A stretch of 57,121 bases of DNA, from NCBI GenBank assembly GCA_011620345.1, contig WOZJ01000060.1:1-57121 (forward strand), given 5' to 3'. Both the position numbers and the translations under genes were made by a program. The DNA comes from Nitrospirota bacterium. GTDB taxonomy: Bacteria > UBA2233. This document shows positions 20,310 through 29,407 of the stretch, piece after piece. Position 1 is the first letter of the stretch. Each line of letters starts with the position of its first letter. The notes below the pieces were generated by a model. That model searched no databases and was not told the origin of the DNA. It saw only the letters and a program-made list of their open reading frames with translations.

Positions 20310-20906
20310 TTATGCCTGTCCGATGGGTGCGAGCGTGAAGATCACGGCCGTGAACAGCGCGTGCGATACGATCAGCGGCGCGAGGTTGCGGCCGAATGCG
20401 TAAAGAAGCCCCCAGAACCCGCCCGCGACTAGCGCCGAGAGGATCAGCATCGAGTTGCCAGAAAATACGTGCACGGCCCCGTAAAGGGCCGTAGCGGCAA
20501 GAAACCCTGGCAGGACGCCATAGGTGCGCATGAGCCGTTCCTGCAAAAACCCTCGCCAAAAGATTTCTTCCCCTGGAGAGGTGACGAACACCAGCAATAA
20601 ACAGACCCAAACCCTCGAGCTGCCCTCACCGAGCGCGTAGATCGTGCCTACATGCGCATGGGCGTTGGGGACGAGCACCGGAGCCAAAACGTAGCCTGCA
20701 TAAAAGATCCCGTAGAGCGCCGCGGCTGAGATTGCGCCAAAAAGGAGGGATGTCGCCCGGAAACGCAAGCGCGGCCTTTCGACGATAAGCGCGTACACGC
20801 AGACGCATGCCACGGAAATACCAATTTTTACCCAAAAGTTTCCCGCCTCGATTCCGAACGTCGCAAACCACGCTGCAGCGGCAAGAAGTATACCAAAAAG
20901 TGTCAT
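20310..20906 (-). CDS. CPBP/CAAX-family intramembrane metalloprotease
   Basis: GEEIFWRG, YGAVH and SHALF motifs; hydrophobic. Confidence 0.85.
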   Translation of the reverse strand: MTLFGILLAAAAWFATFGIEAGNFWVKIGISVACVCVYALIVERPRLRFRATSLLFGAISAAALYGIFYAGYVLAPVLVPNAHAHVGTIYALGEGSSRVWVCLLLVFVTSPGEEIFWRGFLQERLMRTYGVLPGFLAATALYGAVHVFSGNSMLILSALVAGGFWGLLYAFGRNLAPLIVSHALFTAVIFTLAPIGQA

Positions 20907-21796
20907 CGAGGGGTGATCCTTTCAAGAAAGAGTGCAAGGCAAAGCAACAAGCCGAAAGCGAGGTTCAGCCTGGCTGTCAGCGCATCGGCCGCGTCTGGGA
21001 AGCCCTCAAGAAACCCTCGGGCTAGCTTGATGGCCGCCGGGACAGAGAAAAAAACCAAGAGCCCAAAAGGGCTTAGGACGCCTAAGAGTACCATGGCCAC
21101 GACCAAGAGGTAGGCCAGGACAATCAAGGCGATGAACGCTCGCAGGCTTTTTTGATTCCCCAAAAGGCTCGCCGTGGTTTGGACGTTCCTGGAGGCGTCG
21201 TAGGCGATGTCGCGCGCGTTGTTGGCGAACAAAACGAGCGCGACAAGAAGCCCTATGGGCAACGACACCCAAAAGGCCTTGGCTGAAAGGCCGTCGCGCT
21301 GGACGGCGTAGGCGCCATTGACCATCAAAGGGCCCCATGCAAGGAACACGCTAATCTCCCCCAAGGCCCTGTATTTTGCCGCCACGGGCCTTGCCGTGTA
21401 CAAAAAGCTTACTAAAAACCCGGCAAGCCCGATCCAAAAGACCCACAGAGAATACCGTAGCATGAGGGCCAGGCCGATTGCGCCGGCGAGCCCGTACAAC
21501 ACGAACGCCTCCCAAAGAAGCGCTCGTGGGCTTAGAAGGCCCGTGAAGATGGGGTGGGGCCTGTATCTTGCCGTCGGGGCCTGAGATGTGTCCACGCCAT
21601 AGCGGGTGTCAAAAAAATCGTTGACCGCGTTCGTGGCGCCATGCACGAGCGTCGCGCCAAGCGCCGTAAGCAGCAGCGCCCCCAAGGAAACCTTGCCGTC
21701 TTGCCAGGCGATCAGGCCGCCTAGGGCAACCGATACCAAGGACATCGTGAACGACCACGGCCTTGTGGCGATAAAAAACCCCTTTAGGGAAGCCAT
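20903..21796 (-). CDS. menA: UbiA-family prenyltransferase, MenA-like
   Basis: ATRPWSF, NDFFD..GVD, KYRALGE, NNARDIAYD; start at ATG 21796. Confidence 0.8.
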   Translation of the reverse strand: MASLKGFFIATRPWSFTMSLVSVALGGLIAWQDGKVSLGALLLTALGATLVHGATNAVNDFFDTRYGVDTSQAPTARYRPHPIFTGLLSPRALLWEAFVLYGLAGAIGLALMLRYSLWVFWIGLAGFLVSFLYTARPVAAKYRALGEISVFLAWGPLMVNGAYAVQRDGLSAKAFWVSLPIGLLVALVLFANNARDIAYDASRNVQTTASLLGNQKSLRAFIALIVLAYLLVVAMVLLGVLSPFGLLVFFSVPAAIKLARGFLEGFPDAADALTARLNLAFGLLLCLALFLERITPR

Positions 21797-21846
21797 TGCA
21801 AACGTGCGCCGCCGATTGGTTTTCGAATCGATTCTGCAAAGGGGAT

Positions 21847-21922
21847 TGGTGGAGCTGAGGGGAGTCGAACCCCCGACCTCCGCAATGCGAATGCGGCGCT
21901 CTCCCAACTGAGCTACAGCCCC
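21847..21922 (-). tRNA. tRNA-Ala(CGC)
   Basis: GGGGCTGTAGCTCAGTTGGGAGAGCG-CCGCA-TTCGCAT-TGCGG-AGGTCGGGGGTTCGACTCCCCTCAGCTCCACCA; 76 nt, G3:U70 pair, encoded CCA. Confidence 0.97.
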
Positions 21923-21962
21923 TTTCTTAGGTATGAGCTTCTTAAAAAGAGTATTCTACACG

Positions 21963-23324
21963 CTAGGGTGGGGTTTCGCCACTGTTTACGTTTGTTTCGC
22001 CGGCCCTCAAGTCCTGGCTTAGAGCCATCGGGCAGAAGCCAGGCCCGCACATCGAGCAGAAGCGGGCCTTCTTGTACTCCTCGTCGGCCAGCGTTTCGTC
22101 GTGGTAGGCACGGGCGGTTTCCGGGTCGAGTGCGAGCGAAAACTGCTCCTCCCAGTCAAAGCGAAAGCGCGCGCGGGCCATCGCTTCGTCCCTCTTGTGC
22201 GCCCCTTTGCGTTTCTTGGCGACGTTTACGCTGTGGGCGGCGATCTTGAACGCAACCAGCCCTTGCTTGACGTCTTCCAAAAAAGGAAGCCCAAGGTGTT
22301 CCTTCGGTGTGACGTAGCAAAGCAAGCTCGCTCCGTAAAGGCCGGCCATAGCCGCCCCGATCGCTCCAGAGATGTGATCGTACCCGGCCGCGATGTCCGT
22401 CGTCAAAGGTCCGAGCACGTAGAACGGGGCATCGTGGCAAAGCTCCCTCTCGATTTCCATGTTGAACCGGATTTGGTCCAATGGAACGTGTCCTGGGCCC
22501 TCGATCATCACCTGGACGTCTTGACCTTTGGCGACCGTGGCCAGCTCGCCCAACGTCTTCAGCTCGGCTAACTGGGCCTTGTCGGTGGCATCGTGGATTG
22601 AGCCCGGCCTTAAGGCGTCCCCCAAAGATATGCTGACGTCGAACCTTCGCATTACCTCGAGGATCCTGCCGAAATGCTCGTAGAGAAAGCTCTGCTTTCT
22701 TTGGGCGGACATCCAGGCGGCCATGATTCCCCCCCCGCGAGAGACGATCCCCGTGATACGGCTGGCCGTAAGCGGCAGGTGCTCTCGAAGAAGCCCCGCA
22801 TGGATCGTGAAGTAATCAACCCCTTCTTCGGCCTGCTCGGCGATGACGTCCAAAAAGAGCTCGATCGAGAGGTTCTCGGGCCTTCCATGAGCCCGGATGA
22901 GCGCTTCGTAGATGGGGACGGTGCCGACGGGCAGGGGCGAACATTCGAGGATGGCCTTACGGATTTCCCGCGCCCTGCGGGCGTCTTTGTCCGTCGTCAA
23001 GTCCATGACCGTGTCCGCGCCAAATCGCCTGCAGGCTTCCAGTTTTTTAAGCTCGTCTTCTAGTTCCGAGCAAACGCCAGACGCCCCGATGTTGGCGTTC
23101 ACCTTGCAAGCGAGCGCGATGCCGACGCCTATCGGGTCTAGCGAACGGTGACGGATGTTGGCCGGAATGATCAGCCTTCCATTTGCAAGCTCCTGGAGTA
23201 TGAACTCGGGCGTTACGCCCTCTATTTCGGCAACGCGGCGCATTTCAGGCGTGGCATGGCCCGCCTTGGCAAAGGCAAGCTGCGTAGAAAACTCTTGTTG
23301 ACTCCGTTTGCCGTTCGCTTGCAT
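21963..23324 (-). CDS. thiC: Phosphomethylpyrimidine synthase
   Basis: [46 protein letters not shown]. Confidence 0.9.
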   Translation of the reverse strand: MQANGKRSQQEFSTQLAFAKAGHATPEMRRVAEIEGVTPEFILQELANGRLIIPANIRHRSLDPIGVGIALACKVNANIGASGVCSELEDELKKLEACRRFGADTVMDLTTDKDARRAREIRKAILECSPLPVGTVPIYEALIRAHGRPENLSIELFLDVIAEQAEEGVDYFTIHAGLLREHLPLTASRITGIVSRGGGIMAAWMSAQRKQSFLYEHFGRILEVMRRFDVSISLGDALRPGSIHDATDKAQLAELKTLGELATVAKGQDVQVMIEGPGHVPLDQIRFNMEIERELCHDAPFYVLGPLTTDIAAGYDHISGAIGAAMAGLYGASLLCYVTPKEHLGLPFLEDVKQGLVAFKIAAHSVNVAKKRKGAHKRDEAMARARFRFDWEEQFSLALDPETARAYHDETLADEEYKKARFCSMCGPGFCPMALSQDLRAGETNVNSGETPP

Positions 23325-23377
23325 TCAACCCTCGATTGTTCGTAACCGTCTCTATGTAGATTACCAGCCTTCAGGCC

Positions 23378-23407
23378 AAAAAAAAACCCGGGCCGAAAGG
23401 CCCGGGT
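23378..23407 (-). terminator. Rho-independent terminator of gltA
   Basis: Minus strand ACCCGGGCC-TTTC-GGCCCGGG followed by nine T. Confidence 0.9.
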
Positions 23408-23428
23408 ATAGGAGAAAGGGTGGCGGCG

Positions 23429-24793
23429 TTATTCAGAGCCTCCGCCCTTGATCACCCCCATCGAGGGCTTTTTCCCCGCTTCTGCCTTGCTTTTGACTTC
23501 TCTTGCCAGGTCCCTTAGCATGTCGACCGTGAGGGATTTCGGCCGCTCGATCGGGAATCCGACGGCACGGTCGTAGACGAGTTCCGCTGTCACGCCGATT
23601 GCCCTGGAGACGGCGAACAGGACGGTGTAGAAGCTGAACTCCCTCACGTCGAAATGGTACTGGAGGCAGCCTGAGTGGGCATCCACGTTTGGCCATGGGT
23701 TCTTGGCCTTGCCATGCTTTTGAAGGACCTGAGGGACGACATCGAGCATCGTGCTTACCGTCTTGAATACAGGGTCGTCTGGAAGGTGGTTAAGGGCGAA
23801 CTCCCTTTGGGCCGTGTAGCGGGGGTCGACGACCCTCAAGACGGCATGACCGAAGCCGGGGACCACCTGGCCGGAGTTTAGCGTTTCCCAGGCGTACTCC
23901 TCGATCTGCTCGCGGGTGGGAGTACCACCGAAGTGATCCATCATCTTAAGAATCCATTTCAGACACTCTTCATTGGCCAACCCGTGCAAAGGACCAGCCA
24001 ACCCGCAAACCATGGCACCGATGCTATAGTAGACATCCGATAGGGCCGAACCGACAAGGTGGCCTGTATGGGCGGAAACGTTGCCTGATTCGTGGTCGGA
24101 ATGGAGGATCAAGAACAATCGCATGAGTTCTTTGTATGCAGGGCTGTCCACCCCCATTAAATGGGCGAACTGGCCGGCCCAGTCTTCTTTGGGGTCCGGG
24201 TCGGGATAGGTGTCGCCTTTGTAGCACCTTCTGTAGATGTTCGCCGCGATGGCCGGGAGCTTGGCCATGAGGTTCATCGAATCCTCGAAGTAATAATCCC
24301 ACTGCTTTTCTCTGGGAAGCCCCTTTTCGTATTCTTTGGCAAAAACCGAATCCCTTTGGAGCGAAAGGATGGCCGCCGCAAGCTGAGCCATCGGATGAAC
24401 ATCGATCGGAATGGCGCGGAGCGTGTGGTAGACGTAACGGGGTAGGGGCTCACGCTTACGAAACTCCGCCTCGAGCTCCTCAACCTCGGCCAGCGTCGGT
24501 ACCTCTCCCGTCAGCAAAAGGTGCCACAATCCCAAGGGAGAGGCGTACTCGTTGCCTGGCCTCTTTGGAAGGCGTGCCAGAGTCTCTTGGATGGTCAAAC
24601 CCCGGAAACGGATTCCGGACATGGGGTCTAGGTAGGAAGTCTCGCAGACGAGGCTTTTAATGCCCCGCATTCCCCCCAAAACCTGCTCGACCGTCACCTC
24701 TTGGATGGGTGTATCGCCGTACTCTTTTCTGAGCTCGGCGGTTTCTTTACGCCAGCGCTCTACCTTTTGGGCCAGGATTTCCTTGAGCTTCAT
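23429..24793 (-). CDS. gltA: Citrate synthase, eukaryote/Geobacter-like type
   Basis: GGMRGIKSLVCETSYLDP..GIRFRG, HSDHESGNVSAH, GQVVPGFGHAVLR, KNPWPNVDAHSG. Confidence 0.93.
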   Translation of the reverse strand: MKLKEILAQKVERWRKETAELRKEYGDTPIQEVTVEQVLGGMRGIKSLVCETSYLDPMSGIRFRGLTIQETLARLPKRPGNEYASPLGLWHLLLTGEVPTLAEVEELEAEFRKREPLPRYVYHTLRAIPIDVHPMAQLAAAILSLQRDSVFAKEYEKGLPREKQWDYYFEDSMNLMAKLPAIAANIYRRCYKGDTYPDPDPKEDWAGQFAHLMGVDSPAYKELMRLFLILHSDHESGNVSAHTGHLVGSALSDVYYSIGAMVCGLAGPLHGLANEECLKWILKMMDHFGGTPTREQIEEYAWETLNSGQVVPGFGHAVLRVVDPRYTAQREFALNHLPDDPVFKTVSTMLDVVPQVLQKHGKAKNPWPNVDAHSGCLQYHFDVREFSFYTVLFAVSRAIGVTAELVYDRAVGFPIERPKSLTVDMLRDLAREVKSKAEAGKKPSMGVIKGGGSE

Positions 24794-24843
24794 GGCGGAC
24801 TCCTTTTGGGTTTGGGTGAATAGGTTTGCATACTGCATTTATG

Positions 24844-24873
24844 AATTTAGCATACAAAAAGAACCTTTGTCAA
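24844..24873 (-). promoter_or_regulatory. Putative sigma70 promoter of gltA
   Basis: TTGACA-N18-TAAATT with extended -10 TG. Confidence 0.6.
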
Positions 24874-24964
24874 GCTGAACGCAAGGTTTAAGGGGCTTGA
24901 AAAAGAGTCAAACGTTATTGTAAATAAGAGTCTATTGGGAGAATAAACGGGGAAAGAGTAAGCC

Positions 24965-26212
24965 TTACTGGTTCATCGAATCCAGAAAGTCCCTGTTGGA
25001 GCTCGTTCCAGACATTTTGTCTAGCAGGAACTCCATCGCGTCGATGCTCGAGAGCGGGCTCACGATTTTTCTCAAAAGCCAGACCCGATGAAGAACGTCC
25101 GGCTCCAAGAGGAGCTCTTCGTGCCGCGTACCCGATTTGTTCAAATCGATCGCCGGGAAGACCCGCCTGTCGGAAAGCTTCCTGTCGAGGACGATCTCTA
25201 GGTTGCCAGTGCCCTTGAATTCCTCGAAAATGACGTCGTCCATGCGTGATCCTGTATCGATCAGCGCCGTGGCGATGATCGTCAAGGAGCCCCCGCCTTC
25301 GATCTTCCTTGCCGCCCCGAAGAAACGCTTGGGCTTATGCAGCGCGTTCGAATCCACGCCGCCTGAAAGTACCTTGCCGGACGGCGGGACGACGGTGTTG
25401 TAGGCGCGGGCAAGCCGGGTGATGGAATCCAGCAGAATGACGACGTCGTGGTTGTGCTCGACCAAGCGTTTTGCCTTTTCGAGGACGATCTCGGATACCT
25501 GGACGTGGCGTGTCGCCGGCTCGTCGAACGTCGAGGAGATTACCTCGCCCCGGACCGTTCGTTGCATGTCCGTCACCTCTTCGGGCCGCTCGTCGATCAA
25601 AAGCACGATCAGGATGGCCTCGGGGTGGTTAACGTTGATGGCGCTAGCGATGTTTTGAAGCAGCACGGTTTTGCCCGTTCTGGGGGCTGCTACGATGAGG
25701 GCCCTTTGGCCTTTCCCTATGGGGGTGAACAGGTCCATGATGCGAGTGCAGGAGTTGTTTGGGGCGGTTACGAGCTCAAACTTTTCTATCGGATAGATGG
25801 GGGTCAGGTTATCGAACAGAACCTTGTCCCTCGCGGCGTCGGGGTGTTCGAAGTTGATCGTTTCGACCTTCAGGAGGGCAAAATAGCGCTCGCCTTCTTT
25901 TGGAGGCCGGATTTGACCGGCAACCGTGTCGCCCGTCTTCAAGTTGAAGCGCCGGATTTGAGAGGGGGAAACATAGATGTCGTCGGGCCCTGGGAGATAG
26001 TTGTAATCCGGCGCCCTTAGAAAGCCGAACCCGTCAGAAAGAATCTCGAGGACGCCCTCCCCGTAGATCGAGCCGTTTTGCTCTGCGATTGCCTGAAGGA
26101 TTGAAAAGATGAGCTCTTGGCGCCTTAGCGAGGCAATCCCCTCGATGCTGAGCTCGCGCCCCATCTTGGTAAGATCGGCTATGGATTTGGTTTTTAGTTC
26201 TTTGAGGTTCAT
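24965..26212 (-). CDS. rho: Transcription termination factor Rho
   Basis: [35 protein letters not shown]. Confidence 0.98.
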   Translation of the reverse strand: MNLKELKTKSIADLTKMGRELSIEGIASLRRQELIFSILQAIAEQNGSIYGEGVLEILSDGFGFLRAPDYNYLPGPDDIYVSPSQIRRFNLKTGDTVAGQIRPPKEGERYFALLKVETINFEHPDAARDKVLFDNLTPIYPIEKFELVTAPNNSCTRIMDLFTPIGKGQRALIVAAPRTGKTVLLQNIASAINVNHPEAILIVLLIDERPEEVTDMQRTVRGEVISSTFDEPATRHVQVSEIVLEKAKRLVEHNHDVVILLDSITRLARAYNTVVPPSGKVLSGGVDSNALHKPKRFFGAARKIEGGGSLTIIATALIDTGSRMDDVIFEEFKGTGNLEIVLDRKLSDRRVFPAIDLNKSGTRHEELLLEPDVLHRVWLLRKIVSPLSSIDAMEFLLDKMSGTSSNRDFLDSMNQ

Positions 26213-26576
26213 AGTCCTCCTGCCTTGGTGTTTGGTTGAAAAAATAGGATTTCTTGCGTGATTGTGGGGCCTTTGGGTTCAAGGCCGGCGGCGATCGCTT
26301 GGCGTGCCGGTAAAGCGCGTTCCTTCCGGGTGCAGTTAAGGGGAAAAAGTCGCCGATGAAATNNNNNNNNNNNNNNNNNNNNNNNNNNNNNNNNNNNNNN
26401 NNNNNNNNNNNNNNNNNNNNNNNNNNNNNNNNNNNNNNNNNNNNNNNNNNNNNNNNNNNNNNCGGTAAAGCGCGTTCCTTCCGGGTGCAGTTAAGGGGAA
26501 AAAGTCGCCGATGAAATGCTGCTAGGGCATGACAGCGCGTTTTATACAAGATAGTCGCTTTAAGCGATCTATCTGT

Positions 26577-26604
26577 AGCATACCCTACGCTTGGCTTTTG
26601 TCAA
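26577..26604 (-). promoter_or_regulatory. Putative sigma70 promoter of rho
   Basis: TTGACA-N16-TATGCT overlapping the 3' end of the upstream gene. Confidence 0.5.
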
Positions 26605-27304
26605 GATCTTCCAAAGATGGGCGTGGCTCCTTTTTTTTGTTTGTTGTCGCGCTGCGTAGCTCGGCATGCCATTGCTCGTTTTCGTAGGCGAGGATCGCAT
26701 AGTGGCCGGACTGGAAAGGGCCCGGGTTCACGATAAGGGTAGGGCCTAGGCGTGCGGCTCCAAGCGCCTCGTGAATGTGCCCGCATACGCAGACATCCGG
26801 GCCCCGCTCCAAAAGGAACTCCTTGAGCGCCTTGCTCCCCGCATTAAGGCCAAAAAACGTTTTATCCAAGCCTGAGTCGAACGGGGGCGGATGGGAGACG
26901 ACAACCCACGGCCTTGCCCCTCTGAGTTTTTGCGCCCCCTTAAGAAGCGCTGCTTGGATTTCATCTTCTTTGCGCTCGTAAGGAGTGAAGAAGGGGGTGG
27001 GGTTAGAGCCGCCGACCCCGCTGAACGCGATTCCACGCACAAGCCTGCCAGAAGCTTCCAGGTTGAAGATCCCGAGCGTTTCCAATTCCTTTGCAAGCAA
27101 GGGCAGGTCAAGGTTGCCAAGCACGCCCACAATTTCGAGCCCAGGCCTGCGTAGGCCGTCTGCAAGCTCGGCAATAGCGGCTCCCTTGCCCTTTTGGGTC
27201 AGGTCGCCTGCCAGGATGACGCCGTCCGAGCGGCGGACCTCCTCCTCGATGTCTCTTAGGTATTCCAGCCTGCCGTGGATGTCGCTCAACACCAAAAAAC
27301 GCAC
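26585..27304 (-). CDS. Calcineurin-like metallophosphoesterase
   Basis: SDIHG, GDLT, GNLD, SHPPP, CGHIHE. Confidence 0.9.
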   Translation of the reverse strand: MRFLVLSDIHGRLEYLRDIEEEVRRSDGVILAGDLTQKGKGAAIAELADGLRRPGLEIVGVLGNLDLPLLAKELETLGIFNLEASGRLVRGIAFSGVGGSNPTPFFTPYERKEDEIQAALLKGAQKLRGARPWVVVSHPPPFDSGLDKTFFGLNAGSKALKEFLLERGPDVCVCGHIHEALGAARLGPTLIVNPGPFQSGHYAILAYENEQWHAELRSATTNKKKEPRPSLEDLDKSQA

Positions 27305-27315
27305 GGCCTTCCCTT

Positions 27316-28350
27316 TTATAGCTTGAGGTATGGCTTTAGCTTTTCTGCGATGTCTTCTGGGTACACCACGCTGAAGGGCTCGTCGTACAAGAAGCGCAAC
27401 GCAGAGACGTCCGGCGCCAAAAACCTGGGCTCTATGAAGAGCCTTGGGGTGAGCAGCGCAAAGCTCGTAAAGCCTTCATCCTTCGGCGCCCCTGAAAACA
27501 AGGCGAGGTTGAAACTGAGCAGGTTCAAGTCGGCGAAAAACTTGAGCGTGCGGGAAACGAGCGTAGCCAGGTACCCGAGTTGGGAGACGCCATCCTCGAA
27601 CCAGTCGCGGACATCCTCGGCAACAAACAAAATATCGCCCAAGAGGCCAAAAGAAGCGAAGCTCGTGAGCGCGTGGACCTTGGAGAGTTGGCCCATGTAG
27701 CGCGCGCCGTTTTGCCGCTCGGCCTCGATCAGGTCCTTAAAGGCGTTCTTTTGGCCATCGCGGGCGTACTCGCTGGTCTTTTCGAGGTAGAGCCTGTGGA
27801 GGTTCCCCGGGAAGCGGGTGGCGAAGGTTTGCAGGTGCGGGTGGATGAGGCTTCCTCCCGAGGGGGGCATGAAGTTCATGTGCAGCGTGCCGTAGAGCGG
27901 CTCTTGGGTTGGCGGTGCATTCCGAACGGCCTTAAGATAGCGTTGGCAGAGCAAAAACCCGGATTTCATCGTGGAAGAAAGAAGCTCTTCGATCGGCACC
28001 ACGTGGGCCTTCGTCAGGACGCAGACGGCGGAATGTTCGTCGTAGGGCATTAAATTTGGCATGAGCGTCGCCTCGCCTTCGAAGAGCCTCCCTTCGGGAA
28101 TGACGTCGGGGGGGAACTTCGGGGTTACGCTTTCGATCGTGTCGGGGCAGAACGGGCAGAAGCCCTTCTTTGCTGGATCCTTGAGGCTCTCCCAGTCGAA
28201 CGGCGGAATGCCCGGCAGGCTAAAATGGCAGATCCGCGAAGTCCTTTGGGTTATCGGGTCAACCCTGATTTCGCTGGGGACTTCGCTCTGCTCGAAGTTT
28301 CTTCGCGGGTCGAGAAACCTTGAATGGGATTTGAACGAAGAAAATTCCAT
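27316..28350 (-). CDS. GalT/HIT-superfamily nucleotidyltransferase
   Basis: RVDPIT, CPFCP, PNLMPY and the GGSLIHPHLQ (HPHxQ) catalytic motif. Confidence 0.8.
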   Translation of the reverse strand: MEFSSFKSHSRFLDPRRNFEQSEVPSEIRVDPITQRTSRICHFSLPGIPPFDWESLKDPAKKGFCPFCPDTIESVTPKFPPDVIPEGRLFEGEATLMPNLMPYDEHSAVCVLTKAHVVPIEELLSSTMKSGFLLCQRYLKAVRNAPPTQEPLYGTLHMNFMPPSGGSLIHPHLQTFATRFPGNLHRLYLEKTSEYARDGQKNAFKDLIEAERQNGARYMGQLSKVHALTSFASFGLLGDILFVAEDVRDWFEDGVSQLGYLATLVSRTLKFFADLNLLSFNLALFSGAPKDEGFTSFALLTPRLFIEPRFLAPDVSALRFLYDEPFSVVYPEDIAEKLKPYLKL

Positions 28351-28369
28351 AGGGATTCTCCAAATCTGG

Positions 28370-29407
28370 TCAGTTGGCTTTAAAAGCAGCGCCTAAATGA
28401 AACTCGCGCCCCGTCGCTAAGGAAGCCACAAACGCCTCGAGGGCAAGCAGCGCCCGAGGCGTTGTGTACGTTTGGTCGCCCCCCATGCGCTGATGGACGC
28501 AAAGAAGGATGCGTTTTCTTAGCGTGAGTACCTCTCCGTTTGGGCCGATGGGTGTCCTGGTCTTGGCGAAGGCAAGGTCTTTTGACCGGTAAGCCCGCCA
28601 AAATGGCCGAAGCGGATCGGATGGATGGCAAGCGGCACAGCTTGTTTCGCTCTTGGGGCTCTTTCTATGGAACAGGCGTTCCCCTACTCCCAAGGTCGCC
28701 GCCATCGCCTTCTCCGCGCGTGGAATGTTGAGGCCGGGGTTCGTCGCGATGGCAAACCCCAAAGAGGTCAGCCCGCCCAGCTTCCATGGGTGGAGGTGGC
28801 AGGCTTGGCAGTTTTTTGGCCTTTGGCTGACCCAGCGCTTGGGCATGGCATGAAGCGTCGAGCGCGGCTTGTACCCTGGCTTCAAAGGGGCGGCGTGCTT
28901 TGGGCTATGGCAGCCCAAGCATGCAAGCTTGCCGCCTTCGGTCGCGATCCTTTGGCCCGAAGAGAGCGCCTGGATGAAGTACAGAAGCGGTTCCATGGCC
29001 TGCGGCTTTCCAGGCGCAGCGTAGGACGGTTGGCGTTTCAGGCAGGCTCGAACGGCCATTTCCAGGTTCATGGGCTTATTGTAAACATACCCTGGAAGGT
29101 GCGCATAGGCGCTGTAGAGGGTTGGAACCAGCAGTGGCGGAAGCGTTCGGTCCCTTGGCATTACCCGGAAGTATTCCCCGCCTGCGAGTGAATGGCAACG
29201 GATGCACCCTAGCCCGCCCGATTGGAGAGGGCTGGCGAAAGCCTCATAGCCGGCTTGCAAGAGCGATCGTTCGGGCTCTTTGGCGGATTGGACGAGCGAT
29301 TGGATCCATGGATTCGCATAGGCCAAGGGGCTCGGTTTTTTTTGGGCAGAGGCGCATCCTCCGGACAAGAGGACAAAAAACGTGAGGGCTAGGAAAAAAA
29401 ATGGCAC
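28370..29407 (-). CDS. Tetraheme c-type cytochrome lipoprotein with two SoxA/TsdA-like domains
   Basis: Lipobox LSGG-C18; CXXCH at residues 68, 163, 200 and 257; lone Cys122 (AVRAC) and Cys303 (RILLC); SoxA-like C-terminus LALEAFVASLATG. Confidence 0.75.
   Translation of the reverse strand: MPFFFLALTFFVLLSGGCASAQKKPSPLAYANPWIQSLVQSAKEPERSLLQAGYEAFASPLQSGGLGCIRCHSLAGGEYFRVMPRDRTLPPLLVPTLYSAYAHLPGYVYNKPMNLEMAVRACLKRQPSYAAPGKPQAMEPLLYFIQALSSGQRIATEGGKLACLGCHSPKHAAPLKPGYKPRSTLHAMPKRWVSQRPKNCQACHLHPWKLGGLTSLGFAIATNPGLNIPRAEKAMAATLGVGERLFHRKSPKSETSCAACHPSDPLRPFWRAYRSKDLAFAKTRTPIGPNGEVLTLRKRILLCVHQRMGGDQTYTTPRALLALEAFVASLATGREFHLGAAFKAN

Noticed and set aside
20250-21846. Genomic island integrated at tRNA-Ala
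   Set aside because: No integrase, no duplicated tRNA 3' end and no obvious compositional shift seen.
21797-21907. N-terminal extension of the menA ORF
   Set aside because: It reads through the tRNA-Ala gene; the true start is probably 21796.
26308-26517. 55-bp direct repeat flanking an N gap upstream of rho
   Set aside because: Same assembly artefact; not a target-site duplication.
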